This document shows, in pieces, positions 63,261 through 64,000 of a stretch of 64,000 nt of DNA. Made by a program: the position numbers and the translations under genes. The notes under the pieces are model-generated. The model searched no databases. It had not been told where the DNA came from and saw nothing but the letters and a program-made list of their open reading frames with translations. Origin of the DNA: Tubulanus polymorphus. Lineage: Eukaryota; Animalia; Nemertea. How positions within the stretch are numbered: the stretch's first letter is position 1; every line of letters begins with the position of its first letter. The DNA lies in assembly GCF_964204645.1 (NCBI RefSeq), contig NC_134031.1, positions 10,168,001 through 10,232,000 on the forward strand, written 5' to 3'.

Positions 63261-63571
63261 ATGGACAACATACTCCTAGAATTGGGATTAGGCCAATACA
63301 TTGCAAAGTTTCTCGAAAATAAGGTACCGTGTTTCAATACTTTATGTATACACAGACTTGCCCCGATTGGTAATGCTATAGGGCCATAACTTCTGAAAAT
63401 GTATCATATTTTAATTTCTCATCCAGATAGGTGTTAGTGACGTCACGACCATGACAGATAGTGATTTTGAAGCAGCAGGAGTTACAGCTATCGGGGATAG
63501 AGTCCGGCTAAGGAATAGGTGTAGGATAGTAAATTCTCAGCCTAAAGAAGATGAAAATGTGTCTAGTGCAG
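63261..63571 (+). CDS. Two exons (63261-63323, 63427-63571) of a spliced SAM-domain protein gene, partial
   Basis: GT-AG intron at 63324-63426 joins MDNILLELGLGQYIAKFLENK to IGVSDVTTMTDSDFEAAGVTAIGDRVRL, a SAM-like pattern. Confidence 0.7.
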
Positions 63572-64000
63572 GTAATAATTTGAGTTTTAAGATAAATCAC
63601 GTGCTTAATTCCAACTTTCATGACCGTTGTCACTGACCGTTACGCTAATTCAATTCTGTCCATGAGATTGTGCTATCAGAGGGTTATACTTTTAGAGAGG
63701 TTATGAAGGCTTGTGCCTATTTCTCGTGATTAAGCTAAGCTGAGGTCGACTTACGACGACCATCTCGTCGTAAAAACAGCGGTAGTAAACACGTGACCGC
63801 CGATTGGCGATTCGTTTGTCACAGTCAGATCGACAACGATTCAATCATCGCCGAGTCCAAAGGTCATTTGACGCATAACTCATCGCTGAAATAGAACTTG
63901 TTCTATCCTTGCGATTCGACTTACGACGGGTCTGCGATCAATGGATCTTTTTACAAATTTGTAAATTGTTTACTTGAAATATATAACACTTTCCTTTATT

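Overview
Eukaryotic (probably marine invertebrate) repeat-rich genomic DNA. Bases ~0.5-11 kb hold small interspersed repeats and a degraded ~4.9-kb CR1/L2-like LINE on the minus strand. Bases ~11.7-60.8 kb hold four AT-rich Polinton/Maverick-type endogenous virus copies. (I) A complete 16.9-kb element (13845-30739; 70-bp TIRs, ACCATT target-site duplication) is nested inside a gene of (A), a partial element whose internal segment is inverted. (C) is a right-half fragment (33897-41681). (B) is a near-complete element (44925-60754). They encode protein-primed PolB, chromodomain integrase, A32-like ATPase, likely major and minor jelly-roll capsid proteins and several membrane proteins; most core genes are mutated. 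Four signals stand out. First, an intact 355-aa LAGLIDADG intein sits in motif C of element I PolB and is absent from element B. Second, elements A/B/C carry terminal hairpins (152-192 bp where complete) whose stems differ but stay self-complementary. Third, a poxvirus-late-like TAAATG marks nearly every start codon. Fourth, there are a VLTF3-like gene and a giant-virus-type HNH gene. Together these suggest, as inference only, a virophage-like Polinton associated with a large cytoplasmic DNA virus. The window ends with a 144-bp palindromic satellite and two exons of a SAM-domain gene.
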